Shown: positions 19,120-28,721 of the stretch, one piece after another
Layout: the number at the start of each line of letters is the position of its first letter
How positions within the stretch are numbered: the first letter of the stretch is position 1
Assembly: GCA_049451035.1 (NCBI GenBank)
Contig: JBMTVD010000002.1
Span: forward strand, 1-53,783
From: Chthoniobacterales bacterium
GTDB lineage: Bacteria > Verrucomicrobiota > Verrucomicrobiia > Chthoniobacterales > JACTMZ01
Direction of reading: 5' to 3'
DNA length: 53,783 bases
Made by a program: the position numbers and the translations under genes
Notes under the pieces: model-generated
Databases searched by the model: none
Told to the model about the DNA's origin: nothing
The model's input: the letters and a program-made list of their open reading frames with translations, nothing else

Positions 19120-20169
19120 TCAGACCGCGGGAACAACGCGCTGGGTGCTGTTTTGGGCGATGCTGCGGAGAACTTCGATTTCACTGAGGACGCGTCCCGT
19201 TCCCTCGGCCACGGCGCTGAGCGGATCGTCCGCTATATGCACCGGCAGGTTGGTCTCTTCGCGCAGCAATTGGTCGAGGCCGCGCAGGAGAGCCCCGCCG
19301 CCGGCCAAGACCATCCCGCGATCCACCAAATCGGAGGAAAGTTCGGGCGGGCAGCGCTCGAGGGTGGTGCGCACGGCGTCGACGATGCTGTTGAGCGGCT
19401 CGGCGAGCGCCTCGCGGACCTCCTGGGAGGTGAGAGTGATGGTTTTGGGAAGTCCCGCGACGAGGTCGCGACCTTTGACTTCCATGGAAGTTTCTTTGGG
19501 TAGCTTGATGGCCGAACCGAGTTTGATTTTGATTTCTTCGGCGGTGCGTTCACCGATGGCCAGGTTGAAGTTGCGTTTGAGGTATTGGACGATGGCCTCG
19601 TCGAGTTCGTCGCCGGCCACCCGCACGCTGCGGCTGAAGACGATGCCCGCGAGCGAGATGAGAGCGACTTCCGTCGTGCCGCCCCCGATATCGATGATCA
19701 TATTGCCCGCGGCTTCCTGGATCGGCAGTCCGACCCCGATGGCGGCAGCCATCGGTTCTTCGATGAGGTAGACCTCGCGCGCTCCGGCGTGCGTGGCGGA
19801 ATCTTTGACCGCACGCTTTTCCACCTCGGTGATGCCCGAGGGTACGGCGATGACCACGCGCGGGCGAACCATGCGGCGACCACCGTGGGCTTTGCTGATC
19901 AGATGCGAGAGCATCGCCTCGGTGATTTCGAAGTCGGCAATGACGCCGTCCTTGAGGGGGCGGATGGCGACGATGTTGCCGGGGGTGCGGCCCAGCATCC
20001 GCTTGGCCTCGTTGCCGACCGCCAGCACCTTGTTGGTCCCGGCCTGCACGGCCACGACCGACGGTTCGCGCAGCACGATCCCCTGGTCGCGGACGAAAAC
20101 GAGCGTGTTGGCGGTGCCGAGGTCGATCCCGATGTCGCTCGACAAAAATCCGAAAAGTTTCCTGAACAT
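19120..20169 (-). CDS. mreB: Rod shape-determining actin homologue MreB
   Basis: 349 aa. The actin and HSP70-fold phosphate motifs are present: [24 protein letters not shown] and [12 protein letters not shown]. Confidence 0.97.
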   Translation of the reverse strand: MFRKLFGFLSSDIGIDLGTANTLVFVRDQGIVLREPSVVAVQAGTNKVLAVGNEAKRMLGRTPGNIVAIRPLKDGVIADFEITEAMLSHLISKAHGGRRMVRPRVVIAVPSGITEVEKRAVKDSATHAGAREVYLIEEPMAAAIGVGLPIQEAAGNMIIDIGGGTTEVALISLAGIVFSRSVRVAGDELDEAIVQYLKRNFNLAIGERTAEEIKIKLGSAIKLPKETSMEVKGRDLVAGLPKTITLTSQEVREALAEPLNSIVDAVRTTLERCPPELSSDLVDRGMVLAGGGALLRGLDQLLREETNLPVHIADDPLSAVAEGTGRVLSEIEVLRSIAQNSTQRVVPAV

Positions 20170-20370
20170 TATCTTCTGCTTGGGCGTGGTTCACGGGGAA
20201 CCGGCCTGCTTGCCCGATCTCCATCAACTACAGCCTGCCTAGTAATCTGGGAAGATTGCTCCGGGTCAAGGAAATTGGGGGCAGGGGGCTGCCCCGGCAA
20301 AACTTGAGTGAAGGCAGCCACCCTGCGACCTTGGCCGGCTGGAGCCGCAGCCCATGCCGCTCCTTGAACC

Positions 20371-21417
20371 ATGAACGGACGACAGCGTTTCCTTTCCGCC
20401 TGCCATTGCCGGCCGGTCGATCGGCCGCCGGTTTGGATGATGCGCCAAGCCGGGCGCTACCTGCCCGAATACCGGGCACTGAAGGAGCAGCACAGTTTCC
20501 TGGAGATGGTCCGTTCGCCCGCGCTGGCCACGGAGGTCACGATGCAGCCCATCCGGCGGTACGGCTTCGACGCGGCCATTGTCTTCAGCGACATTCTGGT
20601 TGTCCCCGAGGCTCTGGGCCAAAGCTACGGCTTCCGGGAAGGCCGTGGAGTGGCCATGGACTTCGCTGTCCGGTCATCCGCTGATTGGCAAAAACTCTCC
20701 ACCCAAGGCGCGGAGGAGCGCTTGGGCTACGTCTACGACGCGCTTGCTGCCACCAAAAGGGAACTGGGCGGTGACCATGCGCTCATCGGGTTCGGAGGTT
20801 CACCGTGGACCCTTGCCGCTTACATGGTGGAGGGCGGTTCATCGGCCGACGGCAGCGTCATCCGCGCCATGGCCTCGCGCAACGACGCGCTGCTCCACGA
20901 CCTGCTTTCGCTTCTTGCCCGCAGCCTCGCCGGATATTTCCGTCGCCAGATCGAAGCGGGCGCCGATGCCATCCAGATTTTCGATTCCTGGGCCGCTTGG
21001 TGCGACGACTACGAAAAGTGGTCTTTGCGCTGGGTGCGCGAGGTCATCGCTGAGTTGAAGCCCGAGGTTCCGGTGATCTTTTTCGCCCGCGGGCGCAACG
21101 CCGAGGCCTCCGCGCTGGTCTCCACCGGGGCCCCTGTGCTCTCCCTCGATTGGCAGAGTTCCTTGAGCGAGGTCCGCCGCGCCCTCGGCCCCGGCATCGC
21201 CCTGCAGGGCAACATGGATCCGTCGTTTCTCGAGCAGGATCCCGCGGTGGCCGCGGCCGCCGCCCGCAGCGTGCTGGAAGACATGGCGGGGCAGCACGGG
21301 CATATTTTCAACCTGGGCCACGGCATCCGGCCGTCCGCCCGTCCCGAAAGTGTCGGTGCGGTGGTCGAAACCGTGCAAAACTTCCGTCATGAGCAAAGTG
21401 GCAGCGCCGTCGGTTGA
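20371..21417 (+). CDS. hemE: Uroporphyrinogen decarboxylase
   Basis: 348 aa. It contains PVWMMRQAGRYLPEYR and SDILVVPEALG, both hallmark HemE segments. Confidence 0.95.
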   Translation: MNGRQRFLSACHCRPVDRPPVWMMRQAGRYLPEYRALKEQHSFLEMVRSPALATEVTMQPIRRYGFDAAIVFSDILVVPEALGQSYGFREGRGVAMDFAVRSSADWQKLSTQGAEERLGYVYDALAATKRELGGDHALIGFGGSPWTLAAYMVEGGSSADGSVIRAMASRNDALLHDLLSLLARSLAGYFRRQIEAGADAIQIFDSWAAWCDDYEKWSLRWVREVIAELKPEVPVIFFARGRNAEASALVSTGAPVLSLDWQSSLSEVRRALGPGIALQGNMDPSFLEQDPAVAAAAARSVLEDMAGQHGHIFNLGHGIRPSARPESVGAVVETVQNFRHEQSGSAVG

Positions 21418-22759
21418 CCTCGGGTTGGTGCGCAAGCACAACCGCCCGGGGCCGCGTTACACGTCGTATCCCACGGCCCTGCAATTTCGCGAGGACGCCG
21501 ACGCGCGGCGTTTGGTCGCGGCGGCGGCGGACGAGCGCGGTCCGCTCTCGCTCTATTTTCACCTTCCTTTCTGCGCGAGCCTTTGCTGGTTCTGCGGGTG
21601 CAACAAAGTCATCACGACGGATACCGCGCGCGCGGAGGTTTACCTCGACGCCCTGGTCCGCGAGATGGACCTTTTCGCGCGGGCCGGCGTTCCGGACCGC
21701 GAGGTCGTGCAATTGCACTTCGGCGGTGGCACCCCGAATTTTCTGTCGCCCGCGCAAATCCGGCGCCTCGGCGCCGAGCTCAAAAAACGCTTCGCCTTCG
21801 CCGCTGACGCCGAGTGTTCGGTGGAGCTCGACCCGCGCTTCCTGACGCGCGACCAAGTGTGTGCTTTCCGCGACATCGGCATGACCCGCGCCTCGTTCGG
21901 GATCCAGGATGTCGATCCGGCCGTGCAGCGTGCCGTCCACCGCGTCCAATCCGACGAGTGCAATGTGCAGGCTTTCGAGTGGTTGCGCGGCGAGGGCTTC
22001 GAATCCGTCAATGTCGACCTCATCTACGGTTTGCCGGGCCAGACGCCCGCCAGCTACGAGCGCACGCTGGCTCGCGTGTTGCAATACGGGCCCGACCGTT
22101 TCGCCGTTTTCAGCTACGCGCATGTGCCCTGGATGGTCCCCGCGCAGAAAATTCTGGAAAAAAACCGTTTGCCCGACCCCGGCGACAAACTCGCCATGCT
22201 CAAGCTCGTCATCGAAACCCTGACGGCCGCCGGCTACGTCTTCATCGGGATGGATCATTTCGCGCGGGCGGGCGACGAGTTGGTGAGAGCTTTGGAGTCG
22301 CGGACACTGCAGCGCAACTTCCAAGGGTACAGCACCCGCGGAGGCACGGAGATCCGCGGTTTCGGTGTTTCGTCGATTTCGCAGACTGCGCGCACCTACC
22401 GCCAGAACCGCAAATCGCTCGAGCAGTATTACGAGGATCTCGCGGCCGGGCGCCTTCCGGTCGAGCGCGGTTTGGAACTCTCCGACGATGATGTCCTGCG
22501 CCGGCACATCATCATGCGCCTGATGTGCGATTTCCGTTTGGAGTTGGCGGCGGTCGAGGAAGTGTTTTCCATCCGCTTCGCGGAAAAGTTTGCCGCCAGT
22601 CTGGCGGCGCTCGGGGAGTTCGCCGCCGACGGTCTCGTCGACCTGCGCGACGACGTTATCACCGTGACCGAGGCCGGCCGGTTGTTCATCCGCAATATCG
22701 CCATGTGTTTCGACGCCTACGTGCGACCGGGCGAGGGGCGTCATTCCAAAACCATCTGA
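21389..22759 (+). CDS. hemN: Oxygen-independent coproporphyrinogen III oxidase (radical SAM)
   Basis: ATG at 21389 gives MSKVAAPSVDLGLVRKHNRPGPRYTSYPTALQF, which is co-linear with the remembered E. coli HemN N-terminus. The radical-SAM cluster motif CASLCWFCGC (CxxxCxxC) is present. The gene overlaps the hemE 3' end by 29 nt. Confidence 0.92.
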   Translation: MSKVAAPSVDLGLVRKHNRPGPRYTSYPTALQFREDADARRLVAAAADERGPLSLYFHLPFCASLCWFCGCNKVITTDTARAEVYLDALVREMDLFARAGVPDREVVQLHFGGGTPNFLSPAQIRRLGAELKKRFAFAADAECSVELDPRFLTRDQVCAFRDIGMTRASFGIQDVDPAVQRAVHRVQSDECNVQAFEWLRGEGFESVNVDLIYGLPGQTPASYERTLARVLQYGPDRFAVFSYAHVPWMVPAQKILEKNRLPDPGDKLAMLKLVIETLTAAGYVFIGMDHFARAGDELVRALESRTLQRNFQGYSTRGGTEIRGFGVSSISQTARTYRQNRKSLEQYYEDLAAGRLPVERGLELSDDDVLRRHIIMRLMCDFRLELAAVEEVFSIRFAEKFAASLAALGEFAADGLVDLRDDVITVTEAGRLFIRNIAMCFDAYVRPGEGRHSKTI

Positions 22760-24108
22760 TGTCCGGAGCGTCGGTGATTATCCTCGGGTCCGGATTGACC
22801 GGATTGTCCGCGGCCGTCGCGCTGAAACGGCGCGGTTGCCGGGTCACGCTGCTGGAGTCCGCTGCGCGGCCCGGCGGTGCCGTGCAGACAGAGCACAGCG
22901 ACGGCTTCCTGGTCGAACACGGTCCGAACTCCATGATGGTCGACGACCCGGCCATCGCGGCGTTTTTCCACGATGCCGGCTTGGAGGGTGAAATGGTGGG
23001 GCCGCAGGCCAAGAAGCGTTACTTGGTGCGGAAAGGAAGACCGGTGGCTCTTCCCGCGGGTCCCGGCGGCGCGCTTGCCACGCCCCTCTTTTCGCTGCGG
23101 GGCAAGCTGCGGGTGTTGGGGGAACCTTTCGTTCCGCGCGGAACGCACGACGATGAGTCTCTGGCCCGAATGGTCCGTCGTCGCCTCGGGGGAGAAGTTC
23201 TCGATTATGCCGTCGAGCCCTTTGTCGCCGGAATCTACGCAGGCGACCCGGCCCGGTTGTCCGCCAAGCACGCCTTCCCGAAGCTCTGGCGACTCGAGCG
23301 CGATCACGGTTCGTTTGTGCGCGGGGCCATGCGTCGCGCGCGGGGCGGCCCGCGTCCGACAATGCTTTCTTTCCGCGGCGGCATGGGTGTGCTGCCGGAA
23401 AAGTTGGGGGCGTCGCTCGGTGACGATTTGCGCCGCCATGTTCGCGTGGGGGCCATCGGGCGATCGGGCGAGGGCTGGTCCGTGGAATGGGACGAGCAGG
23501 GTCGGAGGAAGCGGGCTACGGCGACGACCCTGGTCTGCGCCATTCCGGCGTTCGCCGTGGCGAATCTCCCTTGGCCCGAAGACCTGCGCGGCCAACTCGG
23601 CCTCTTTGGCCGTATCGAGTACACGCCGGTCAGTGTGCTGGCCCTCGGCTTCCACCGCACGGAGGTGGCTCATCCGCTGGACGGTTTCGGCATGCTCGTG
23701 CCGGCGGCGGAGAAGCGCCGCATTCTCGGAACGATTTTTTCCTCGTCTCTCTTTCCGGGCCGCGCGCCGGACGGCTGTGTGTTGTTGACGACTTTCGTCG
23801 GGGGGGCGCGACAACCGGATCTGGCCGCCCTCGCGGATGATGAACTCGAGCGCGTCGCCTGTGACGATCTGCGTGTTCTGCTCGGCGTGCGGGGCGAGGC
23901 CGTTTTTCGCCGCATCGTCCGTTGGCCCCGGGCCATCCCGCAATACAATCTCGGCTACGGCGAAGTTCTCTCCGCGCTGGAAAAGCTGGAAGCCGCGCAC
24001 TCCGGGCTGCATTTTGTCGGCAACTACCGAGGCGGCATCGCTGCGGGCCAATGCATCCGAAACGGTTTGCGGCTCGCAGAGGAAATTGGCGCCTGTATTC
24101 CATCGTGA
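22759..24108 (+). CDS. hemY: FAD-dependent protoporphyrinogen oxidase (HemY/PPOX type)
   Basis: ATG at 22759 shares one base with the hemN stop (TGATG). The FAD dinucleotide-binding fold is VIILGSGLTGLSAAVAL...LLESAARPGG. 449 aa, and PPOX-like throughout. Confidence 0.88.
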   Translation: MSGASVIILGSGLTGLSAAVALKRRGCRVTLLESAARPGGAVQTEHSDGFLVEHGPNSMMVDDPAIAAFFHDAGLEGEMVGPQAKKRYLVRKGRPVALPAGPGGALATPLFSLRGKLRVLGEPFVPRGTHDDESLARMVRRRLGGEVLDYAVEPFVAGIYAGDPARLSAKHAFPKLWRLERDHGSFVRGAMRRARGGPRPTMLSFRGGMGVLPEKLGASLGDDLRRHVRVGAIGRSGEGWSVEWDEQGRRKRATATTLVCAIPAFAVANLPWPEDLRGQLGLFGRIEYTPVSVLALGFHRTEVAHPLDGFGMLVPAAEKRRILGTIFSSSLFPGRAPDGCVLLTTFVGGARQPDLAALADDELERVACDDLRVLLGVRGEAVFRRIVRWPRAIPQYNLGYGEVLSALEKLEAAHSGLHFVGNYRGGIAAGQCIRNGLRLAEEIGACIPS

Positions 24109-25130
24109 GCAAAAAAGCCGTCCTTCTCCTCAATCTCGGATCGCCGGACTCGACCAGGGTCCCGGATGTCCGGCGCTATCTGCGCGAGTTCCTCTCGGAT
24201 CCGCGGGTGCTCGACGTGAACCCGGTCCTGCGGGCCATTGTACTCAACCTGTTTATCCTGCCTTTCCGCCCGCGCAAAAGCGCGGCCGCCTACTCCACGG
24301 TCTGGACCAAGGAGGGCTCGCCCCTCATCGTCACCAGCAAAAAGCAACGGGACCTTCTCGCGGCCAAGGTTGACGTGCCCGTGCACCTGGCCATGCGCTA
24401 CGGCCGGCCGGCCGTTCCCGATGTCATGAGCCAGATTGTCGCCGACGGCACGGAGGAGCTGTTTCTTGTGCCGCTCTACCCGCATTACGCGATGTCCAGC
24501 TATGAGACCGCCGTCGTGCAGGCCATGGAGGAGGTGGCGCGGCAGAAACCGGGGATGAAAGTCACCCTCTTGCAGCCCTATTACAACGATCCGGAATACA
24601 TCGACGCTTTGGCCGATGCGGCGGCTCCGCACCTGCAGGACGGCTACGACACGCTGGTGTTCAGCTACCACGGCGTGCCCGAGCGACACCTGCGCAAAAG
24701 CGATCCGTCCCACGCGCACTGTCTCGCCGTTCCCGACTGCTGCCATTGCGCCCACCCGGCGCATGCCACGTGTTACCGGCACCAATGCGTGAGGACGATG
24801 GAGTTGCTCATCGAGCGCCTCGGGATCCCGAGGGAAAAAACCGTCCTCGCCTTCCAATCCCGCCTCGGACGCGATCCGTGGCTGACACCCCAAACGGATG
24901 TGACCGTCGAGCGACTCGGCCACGAGGGAAAAAAGAAAGTTCTCGTGATCTGCCCCTCGTTCGTCACCGACTGCCTCGAGACGCTCGAGGAGGTCGCCGA
25001 GGGTTGCAAGGAGACCTTCGAGGAGGCGGGCGGGGAGCATCTCAAGCTCGTGCCGTGCCTGAACGAAAACACCAAGTGGATCGATTTCCTCGCCGGACGT
25101 TGCCGGCGCTGGATCAACGGGGAGAATTGA
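24105..25130 (+). CDS. hemH: Ferrochelatase
   Basis: GTG at 24105 overlaps the hemY stop (GTGA). The protein begins VSKKAVLLLNLGSPDS and then has YLREFLSDPRV. SYHGVPE and CPSFVTDCLETLEE are characteristic ferrochelatase segments. Confidence 0.93.
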   Translation: MSKKAVLLLNLGSPDSTRVPDVRRYLREFLSDPRVLDVNPVLRAIVLNLFILPFRPRKSAAAYSTVWTKEGSPLIVTSKKQRDLLAAKVDVPVHLAMRYGRPAVPDVMSQIVADGTEELFLVPLYPHYAMSSYETAVVQAMEEVARQKPGMKVTLLQPYYNDPEYIDALADAAAPHLQDGYDTLVFSYHGVPERHLRKSDPSHAHCLAVPDCCHCAHPAHATCYRHQCVRTMELLIERLGIPREKTVLAFQSRLGRDPWLTPQTDVTVERLGHEGKKKVLVICPSFVTDCLETLEEVAEGCKETFEEAGGEHLKLVPCLNENTKWIDFLAGRCRRWINGEN

Positions 25131-26484
25131 CCCGCGCCGGGGGGAACACCATGGCGCGGACGGTGGCCGGCAGGTCTGCGGGTACGGTGACTGTTTCCTC
25201 GCTGCCGATACATCGCGCGTAGATCCCGCCGTCCGGGGCGGCGTTGCCGAAGTCCGCGCCGGCGAGAATATGCGAACCGGCCGTATCTTCGGCCGTGTTT
25301 TCCGAAAGCCATGCGTAAAAGGCGATTCGCCTCGGCGGGGCAGCCAGCCCGACCGCCTCGGTGCTTTCCGCGGTGCGGAAACCGCTGACCTTCGTCTCAT
25401 TGTAGGCGGTCACCAGTTTTTCGATGTCTGCCTCGCTGTAGACCGCTCCGTCCCCGTCGCCCGTCCAGCCGTCGCCCGCACGACGCAAGGTCACCGCTTT
25501 GCCGTCGGCTTCCAGCCGGATGCGGTCGACGGTGTCCAAATCGACGTAACCGAGCGAGCGGTCGCGCAGGGATTCCGGAGAGACCGAGAACAAAGTTGCC
25601 GCCGATCCGTCGACCGCGATGTCTCCGCCCCGGTCCTTGAAAAAGGCGGCGAGCGCGGCCGGGTCTTCCCCGTCCGATCGGGTCACGCGCAATTCCAGAT
25701 CCTCGCCGCCGCCGCGCGGCGTCAGGCTGATGGCCGCTTCCCCGGCCGGCACCATCGTCGGGGTCGTGCCGGCTGTTGCGCCGAAGGACTCGATGCGCAG
25801 GCCGAGCAACGGGTCGAGAAAGGCGCGCACCGCCTGCGGATCGGCGGCGGCCTGCACCGGTTTTTCGATCGTCCATCTTCCGCGCGAGCGCCTGAGGGTC
25901 ATTTCTCCGTCCGGTCGCCGCACGGTGAACTTCTCGATATCGTCGGCTGTGAATTCGGTCAGTCTCGGATCACGGAAAGTGGCCGCGGGGACGGAGGCCA
26001 GTTCCGCCAAGGTGCCGGCCACGCGGAGAATTCCGGGTTGTCCGTCGACGCGCGCGAAGACCTCCTGCGGCAGCGCCGTTCCGGCCCCGATGTCGATGCC
26101 GGCGCTTTCCTCGCCGCGCAACTCGATGCGCAGACGCGGCGGGACCAGCGCGGCCTCGGGGAATTTTTCGGCTTTGCGACCAGGTTGCCGATCCCGCACT
26201 TCCATGAAGCGCGCCGCCATGAGCAGACGGTCCGCCGCCTCCGGCGAGGCCCGGTCCGGGAAGGGCTGCACGACGCGCCATCCCCCCGTTTGCTTTTGCA
26301 GGACGATTTTCTCCTGTCCGCGGATGATCGCGATCTCGGACACCCCTGCGGGGTCGAAGACCGCCGCGTAGCGTCGGTTGTCCTCGGCCTCGCGGGTCGC
26401 GGGCACGGATTGTCGCAGGTAATAAATCAAGCCCACCGCCAAGATGGTGAGCGCGAGCAGGAAAATCGTGGCGCGCGGGTTCAC
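25114..26484 (-). CDS. DUF4340 domain-containing protein (accessory component of the GldG-type ABC module)
   Basis: 456 aa. It has an N-terminal TM anchor (IFLLALTILAVGLIYYL) followed by repeated beta-rich segments of the kind found in DUF4340 proteins. It is the last gene of a tightly packed four-gene unit, with gaps of 1, 1 and 3 nt. Confidence 0.75.
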   Translation of the reverse strand: MNPRATIFLLALTILAVGLIYYLRQSVPATREAEDNRRYAAVFDPAGVSEIAIIRGQEKIVLQKQTGGWRVVQPFPDRASPEAADRLLMAARFMEVRDRQPGRKAEKFPEAALVPPRLRIELRGEESAGIDIGAGTALPQEVFARVDGQPGILRVAGTLAELASVPAATFRDPRLTEFTADDIEKFTVRRPDGEMTLRRSRGRWTIEKPVQAAADPQAVRAFLDPLLGLRIESFGATAGTTPTMVPAGEAAISLTPRGGGEDLELRVTRSDGEDPAALAAFFKDRGGDIAVDGSAATLFSVSPESLRDRSLGYVDLDTVDRIRLEADGKAVTLRRAGDGWTGDGDGAVYSEADIEKLVTAYNETKVSGFRTAESTEAVGLAAPPRRIAFYAWLSENTAEDTAGSHILAGADFGNAAPDGGIYARCIGSEETVTVPADLPATVRAMVFPPARVNSPR

Positions 26485-26487
26485 GGG

Positions 26488-27966
26488 TCAGCGCCGGCGC
26501 CGCCACCAGACCGCCAGTCCGGTGATCGCGGCAACAGCCGGAATGACCACCAGCGTGTAGAGCGCGATGCGGCCGGTTTCCGCGTCGGTGAGGTTCAGAT
26601 TGAAGGCCCGGACGGACTTCGGCGCGATGCGCGCCAGGTGCCCCCGGTCCAGCACCCAGTTGAGCGAGCTGAGGACGAAGTCGAGGTTGGGTTCGGTGAT
26701 CAGTCCGTCGACGACGAATTCGCTGTTGCCCACGACAACCATGCGGGCCGAGCTGAGGTCGAGTTTCTGCTCGCTCACGGCGCCGCGTTCCGACGAGGCC
26801 GCGAGCACCAGCGGTGCCGCCGAATCTTTTTCCTCCTCGAAGCGCACTCCTTTTTGTTCGTCGGTGATGTAATCGGTTTCTCCCCAGAAAGGATCCTGTG
26901 CGGTGATCATGGACTCGACGTTCAGGCCCTTTTTGCGCTCGTCGAGATCCAGCGAGCAGGTGGCCGCCGGGAGCGTCGCGTCCGCTCCCTGCAGGCGCCG
27001 CGTCACGCGGTTGACCGCCGAGAACCGCCCGGTCACGTCCCGGAGGATTCCGGTGGCAAACCCGAGTTGTACCGTGCGGAGGACGCGATCGTCGCGCGGC
27101 GCAATGCCGGCCGAGACAAGCAACTCCCGCAGGAGGGGCGTCTGCGCGTCCGGATCGAGGAAGACCAGGAGCCGTCCGTCGTTCTCCCAGTATTCGCGAA
27201 GAATTCTGGCGCTTTCCGGTGGGAGATCGTAACGGGCGCCGGCGATGACGACCGCCGCGGCGTCGGCGGGGATGGCCGGTGTCGCGGCCAGCGAGAGCGC
27301 GGCGGTTGCCACGCCCTGCTTGCCGATATACTCGTCGAGCAACGAGATGGTGGATCCCGGCCCCGGTCCGGCCTCGCCTTGGCCCTGCAGGAAGTAGACT
27401 TTGCGCGGTTCGGGTTCGGATACCGCGATGATCGCGCTCGTCAGGGCCTGCTCTCCCTTGAAGGCGAGCAACCGCGGTGGATCACCCGTCACTTGCGTGA
27501 GGTAATCGTAGTCGGCCATGTCCACCGCGCTGATCTGCCGGGAGCGCCCGTCCATCTCGACGATGACAAGGTTTTCCTCGGGTCCGAACTGGAACTTGGC
27601 CTGCAACTCGCGCGCGCGCCCGAGGTTGCGCATGGGGTCGATGAATTCGATGGTCACTTTGTCACCGCCCAGGAACTGGTATTCTTTGAGGAGATTGACC
27701 ACGTCGCCGTAGACCTCGTAACCGGGGGAGGCGGCGGTGGGCGAAAAGAAGACATAGATTTTCACCGCGGAGGGCAGGTTCTTGAGCGCGCTCTCGGTCA
27801 ATTCGCCGGTTTGGTATTTCTGTCCGGGCGACCAATCGCCGCGGTGGTAGTAGTGGTAGGCGGCGTAATTCGCCGCGGCCAGCAGCACACAGGCCAGGAG
27901 CACCTGCACGGTCACCCCGAAACGGGCGCCGGCCCGGCGGCGTGATGAATCCTGCAACTCTTTCAT
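26488..27966 (-). CDS. GldG-like ABC-transporter-associated protein (ABC_transp_aux family)
   Basis: 492 aa. There are TM helices at both ends (VQVLLACVLLAAANYAAY and LYTLVVIPAVAAITGLAVWW). The large intervening domain has the YVFFSP / VVIAGA pattern typical of GldG. Confidence 0.8.
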   Translation of the reverse strand: MKELQDSSRRRAGARFGVTVQVLLACVLLAAANYAAYHYYHRGDWSPGQKYQTGELTESALKNLPSAVKIYVFFSPTAASPGYEVYGDVVNLLKEYQFLGGDKVTIEFIDPMRNLGRARELQAKFQFGPEENLVIVEMDGRSRQISAVDMADYDYLTQVTGDPPRLLAFKGEQALTSAIIAVSEPEPRKVYFLQGQGEAGPGPGSTISLLDEYIGKQGVATAALSLAATPAIPADAAAVVIAGARYDLPPESARILREYWENDGRLLVFLDPDAQTPLLRELLVSAGIAPRDDRVLRTVQLGFATGILRDVTGRFSAVNRVTRRLQGADATLPAATCSLDLDERKKGLNVESMITAQDPFWGETDYITDEQKGVRFEEEKDSAAPLVLAASSERGAVSEQKLDLSSARMVVVGNSEFVVDGLITEPNLDFVLSSLNWVLDRGHLARIAPKSVRAFNLNLTDAETGRIALYTLVVIPAVAAITGLAVWWRRRR

Positions 27967-27967
27967 G

Positions 27968-28720
27968 TCAGCTCCTCCAGCGCCGTGACTGGAAAACGTG
28001 GAAGGTGAGGAAAAGGAAGAAGGCCGTGAGTGACAGGTAAAAGACGACCGGCCGCGTATCGAAAAATCCGCGCGACGCCTCGCTCATGTGTTCCAAGGAG
28101 GAGAAATAGGCGGTCATTTCGCGCAAGGCGGGCGTGATATTGAGAATGAAGAAAGTGAGCAGACCCATGAAAAAGAGCAGCGTGATCGCGCTGAACGACA
28201 TGACGGCGGCGACGATCTGGTTGCGGGTCAGGGCCGAGGCGAGGCATCCGATGGAAAGGTAGAACATCCCGATGAGAAGAAGCATGGCGTAGGCGCCGAT
28301 GAAGGGGCCCGCCGCGCCTGCCGCCTGCAGGCGCGTCACCCAGGTGAAGACGAGAAAGTAGAGCAGGCTCGGCAGCCAGAGGACCACGTAAAAGACGAGT
28401 GCCCCGCAGTATTTCGCCAGCACCACCTGGCTGTCGCGCACCGGCGCGGTCATGAGCGGTTCGATCGTTCCCATTTTGTACTCCTCGGAGAACAGGCGCA
28501 TGGTGATGAGCGGAAAAACCAGGACGAAACCAAACCAAAAAAAGATCGTGTTGAAGAATGCTTCGACGACCGTGACCTCGCTCGGTCCGCGGTTGAGCGC
28601 GGCCACACCGGCGTAAAAATTGAAGCCGGTCAGGAGCAGGAAGAAAAACAACACGATCCAGGCGACGGGGGAGAGGAAGTAGGCCCGGATCTCGCGGTTA
28701 AGCAGCGTGAAAAAAGTCAT
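27968..28720 (-). CDS. ABC-2 family transporter permease (GldF-like)
   Basis: 250 aa with about six hydrophobic helices. It contains SEEYKMGTIEPLMTAPV, a segment conserved in GldF/ABC-2 permeases. Confidence 0.85.
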   Translation of the reverse strand: MTFFTLLNREIRAYFLSPVAWIVLFFFLLLTGFNFYAGVAALNRGPSEVTVVEAFFNTIFFWFGFVLVFPLITMRLFSEEYKMGTIEPLMTAPVRDSQVVLAKYCGALVFYVVLWLPSLLYFLVFTWVTRLQAAGAAGPFIGAYAMLLLIGMFYLSIGCLASALTRNQIVAAVMSFSAITLLFFMGLLTFFILNITPALREMTAYFSSLEHMSEASRGFFDTRPVVFYLSLTAFFLFLTFHVFQSRRWRS

Positions 28721-28721
28721 C

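Noticed and set aside
20278-20295. GC-rich hairpin in the mreB/hemE divergent spacer: GGGGCAG (20278-20284), loop GGGG, CTGCCCC (20289-20295).
   Set aside because: No U-tract follows it on either strand, and no gene ends next to it, since both neighbours start here. It cannot be called a terminator. A single 7-bp stem in GC-rich DNA is not distinctive, so it is noted only as a possible 5'-UTR or operator element.
22759-24108. Annotating the HemY homologue as coproporphyrinogen oxidase (CgoX) of the coproporphyrin-dependent pathway.
   Set aside because: A true HemN (N-terminal PRYTSYPTA segment, CxxxCxxC) lies immediately upstream in the same operon, and no chdC/hemQ is visible here. The protoporphyrin-dependent reading is therefore simpler. 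Sequence alone cannot exclude the alternative, so it is kept as a check inside the heme finding.
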